From: Azolla caroliniana
Taxonomy: Eukaryota > Plantae > Polypodiophyta
Assembly: GCA_043228905.1 (NCBI GenBank)
Contig: JBHGNT010000017.1
Location: 868,001 to 932,000 of the forward strand
Length of the DNA: 64,000 nt
Direction: 5' to 3'
Part shown: piece by piece, positions 60,689-64,000 of the stretch
Layout of the letters: every line of letters begins with the position of its first letter
Numbering within the stretch: position 1 is the stretch's first letter
Translations under genes and position numbers: made by a program
The notes under the pieces: model-generated
What the model saw: only the letters and a program-made list of their open reading frames with translations
What the model was told of the DNA's origin: nothing
The model's database searches: none

Positions 60689-63041
60689 TTATAGGGTATT
60701 CTGAGCAACTGCTTGACATAGTTCATCTTCATTAAACAAAACCCTGTGAGAAGCCATAACTAGACTCCTCTTTGGTTTTCTGAAATGTTTGTTATTAGGG
60801 ATTAATACTGCTTCTTGCTGATCTTGTTGGAAGAGAGGCGGAGCAAATGGTCGTGTGTCGATCTGGGAAAGACGAGATTCTGCAGGTTTTGAGATATGTC
60901 TAGGTGCATTCGGAGTAGGAGGCCGAATAAAACTCTCTGTCAATTTCCTGCAAAAATACAAATGTCAAATGCTGTTTACAATTTCTACATCGGACTATTC
61001 AATATAAAACTACAATGACGAGGAGAAATACTCCTTGGAGACCTGTATAAATGATTTTGCATCTCTCTCTGAAACACAGTATGCTATGATTTGTTACTTA
61101 TGGCTTCTTGCATTTTCATAGAAATGATGAACGAAGCCATAGGTGATAAATCATAGCATATTGAAAGTTAAATAACCTCGTACTTACCCTTGAGACCCTG
61201 GCTGTTCTTCATTACAAGGGAAAAGTTGTGATGTCTTCCCATTTCTCTCTCTGTGGGGTGTAGTAAAGCTGAAATGGAAATGTCGAGCAAGTACAACCTA
61301 CAAAATTGTGAATGACAGATAAGATTTAAATGTTTCAGAAAGAGAGTTCACAGAATATCCAACTTTAAGATTCATAAACTTACAGCCTTCCTCATACGTT
61401 TGCACACATGGGCGACTGGTTTCAAATCATCATGTTGCAGACAGCAAACTATTCTCAACTGAAATAAGACACAATAACTTATAAGAAGTATACACCAATG
61501 GTATCAAAATTAAGAGAGTAATATGGTATTGCCATAAAAATCAAATTTGTGATACTGACAGCATTTTTAGTAGAAGTCAGCTTACCAGCAGATCCAAAGG
61601 GAGAAGCTCAAGCAAAGAGTCTCCTCCATATTCTGAGTCATCAGGTGAGCTTGGTACTAAGCTTAGGTGACAGGTATTTGAAGAAGGAGTCTTTGGAGCG
61701 AGAACACCACTTGGTGTGTTGGAAAGCCGATCCAGACAACTGGAAGGAGTCCTTGGCGAAGCAAACCTCTTCCTAGGAGTGCATTCAAAAGAATTTATCG
61801 AAGATGATGGAGTGTTGCAATCAGGAAATACCTCATTATGAGATGAGGACTCATCCATGACTACAACTCTCTTTCTCCCAATTGTTGTGCAAGAACATGT
61901 TCTCCTGAGAACACAGCCTTCAACAGCATAGGTAGAGTTATCCTGACAACCATTTGTATCCATCAGTATTTGCTTCTCTTGATATAGATTCTCAAGGGAA
62001 TTTCTACCATCACTATGAACCCCAACCAGAGATCCTGAACTTAAACTAAACACTTGGCACGGTGTCTCCCTTCTTTCTGAAGAGAAAATGCTGACTGCTC
62101 CATTCTGAGCACTACCGTTTGTTTTCTCTGGCTTAGTTTTCCTCCTCCGACAATATGAAGACACCTGTTCACTGCACGATACATCTGGTAAAGATGAAGC
62201 AGCGGAGAGAGGTGTAAATATAATGAAGTTTGTGTCTAGCAAGCTCGAATCAGAGACCAAATCTGCAGATTGTTGTTTCTTATGCTCCAGAGAAGGTGAT
62301 GAAGAATTAGAGATTCTCAAACTTCTGCGAACGCCTTTGGGATAAGAAACAGGACTATTTGAAGTCCGAAGTTGCGCTATCTTCAACCTGCATTTGAGGT
62401 TCAGTCGGTCAATTTTCACAGTTGAAGAGAGGAAAAAATTATTGAAAGAGGAGAGAAACAGATTTATCTTCCTCTAAGTTACATAGGAAATACACTGTTA
62501 TCAAGGACGAAACAAGAAAACTGATCGTTTTTAAAAGAAAAATAAGCAGATGAAGAAATAAACCTTATCTTTTAAATGTAAGAAACTCACACGATTTCCC
62601 ACACTGACGGTACAAATTATTTCGTGCAGATGTTCAAACATAGAGTTTTTTTGTAAAATCAAGACAGAACACATACACAGTTCAAATTAAGTTCTAGGAT
62701 ACATCACAAAAATCTAATACCTATTTTAGCAGGAAACTCAAGAAAACGAACATGACATCAGCGAAGGAAAAAATAATTTTCGCAAACACACTCAAAATAC
62801 TAATAACAAATAGAGCATAATCAGGTAACAAATATTTTCCTCAAACTGTAGAACAGAAAAACAAGAAATACGCCAAATTCGGTGTTAGAATATACTAAAC
62901 GGCGAAAGCAAATCCTTCACTCGCAAACACGCACACATGGTTTTGAATGATGAATTTAAGAAGAAACGTCCTAAAACCTGTTTTGTTTGACAAATACAAA
63001 AAAACTAAAACGAATACAATGGGAGAGATAGCTTACTTCAT
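60689..63041 (-). CDS. F-box protein, At4g35930 / FBS (F-box stress-induced) family, 416 aa; exons 63041-63037, 62387-61586, 61458-61384, 61297-61188, 60947-60689
   Basis: F-box LLELLPLDLL|LRIVCCLQHDDLK; FSFTTP; PTPNAPRH; C-terminal SHRVLFNEDELCQAVAQN. All junctions are GT-AG and phase-compatible. The first coding exon (ATGAA) is inferred. Confidence 0.88.
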
Positions 63042-63066
63042 TTGTAGAAAAATGCGATGAGCAGCG

Positions 63067-63101
<35 letters not shown>

Positions 63102-64000
63102 TACAGTATCTTCTTGATATTGTAGCTCTTCTGCTTCTCCTTGTTGGTTATAAGGTTAGGGTTTCTTCCTTTCTACCTCCAAAATCTAGGATTTCTTTTT
63201 CTTCAATGCAAATTTAGGGTTTCTTCTCATCTGCTGCTCCGCCTGTGGAAATTTAAGTTCACTTCTTCCTTCTTTGTATTTCGTCTTCTGTTCAAAGCTA
63301 GGGATTTGTCTGCTTCGTTTCCTTCTGTGAACAGTTGAGGTTTCTTCTTCTTCTTCTTCTTCCGTGCAGAACTGAACTGTGGATGGAGAGAGAGTGAGGA
63401 GTGGAGGGAAAACGAAATACGAAATTTTATCGAGAGCGAAAAAAGAAAAGAAAAAATTTGAGGAGTGAGAGAGAGAGAGAGAGAGAGGGAGGGATGAAAT
63501 TTGGCGAGAAATCGAGGGCGGCTAATTAAAAAGGAACGAAAGGAAGAACAAGTAGCCGGTCATATCTCTACTTACAGGTGCCGGTTAGCCGGTCGCCAAT
63601 CTCGACCGCCCGGCTTGCAGAAGAAGCTTCCCTATTTCTTCTTTTTTTGAATCTTTTTTGTTTTCCATTTTATTTTTTTATTTTTCATTGAACGTTATCT
63701 TTTTCTCCTTTCTCCTTTTCCCCTTTTTCGTTAATTTATATTTGTTTTTTAAAAGAGCGTCGGATTATTATTATTATTATTGCTAGTATTTTACGGAATA
63801 TTCAAATTTAGTGACCTTTGAAAATGCATGTGTATGTTCTTCTTTATAAAATAAAATAAAAAGAAAACCTTGTCCTTTTCACACTTGTCCGCCCAAAACA
63901 CACGCACACAAGTGCCTGACGATCCATCGAAGGTAGTAGTAGCAATAATCATCATCTCTGCTCGGAATGTTCACAGAAAACAAAAACCTCATCCCTCTTA

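Overview
Land-plant nuclear DNA with spliceosomal GT-AG introns, a P-class PPR gene and (GA)/(CA)/(CT) microsatellites. The lineage cannot be fixed from sequence alone. Bases 1-35 kb are a transposon nest. An old + strand Tnt1/Tork-like copia element (D) is interrupted by a solo LTR (3021-3400, TSD GAGTT), by rearranged copia fragments, by a full - strand copia element (A, 6831-18321, TSD AGGAC) and by a third copia family (C, from 20217). Element A carries in its 3' LTR a very young element (B, 7469-13350, TSD GGAGG) with an intact 1357-aa gag-pol. LINE and Tat-like gypsy relics follow. Bases 35-64 kb are a gene island: MKP1-like MAPK phosphatase, HCF152-like PPR, an uncharacterised 681-aa repeat protein, RPS29 and an At4g35930/FBS-like F-box gene. 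The most unusual structure is element B. It has three LTR copies, two of them fused head-to-tail through a junction that keeps exactly the 3-nt LTR-PBS spacer. Its 3' end carries a second copy of its own insertion junction (TSD + 16 bp host-LTR terminus + PPT). This pattern fits a recombinant 2-LTR cDNA circle re-entering the locus by homologous recombination and creating a chimeric LTR. B also has a gag N-terminus far more divergent from A than its pol is. All alignments and identities were read by eye; no database searches were run.
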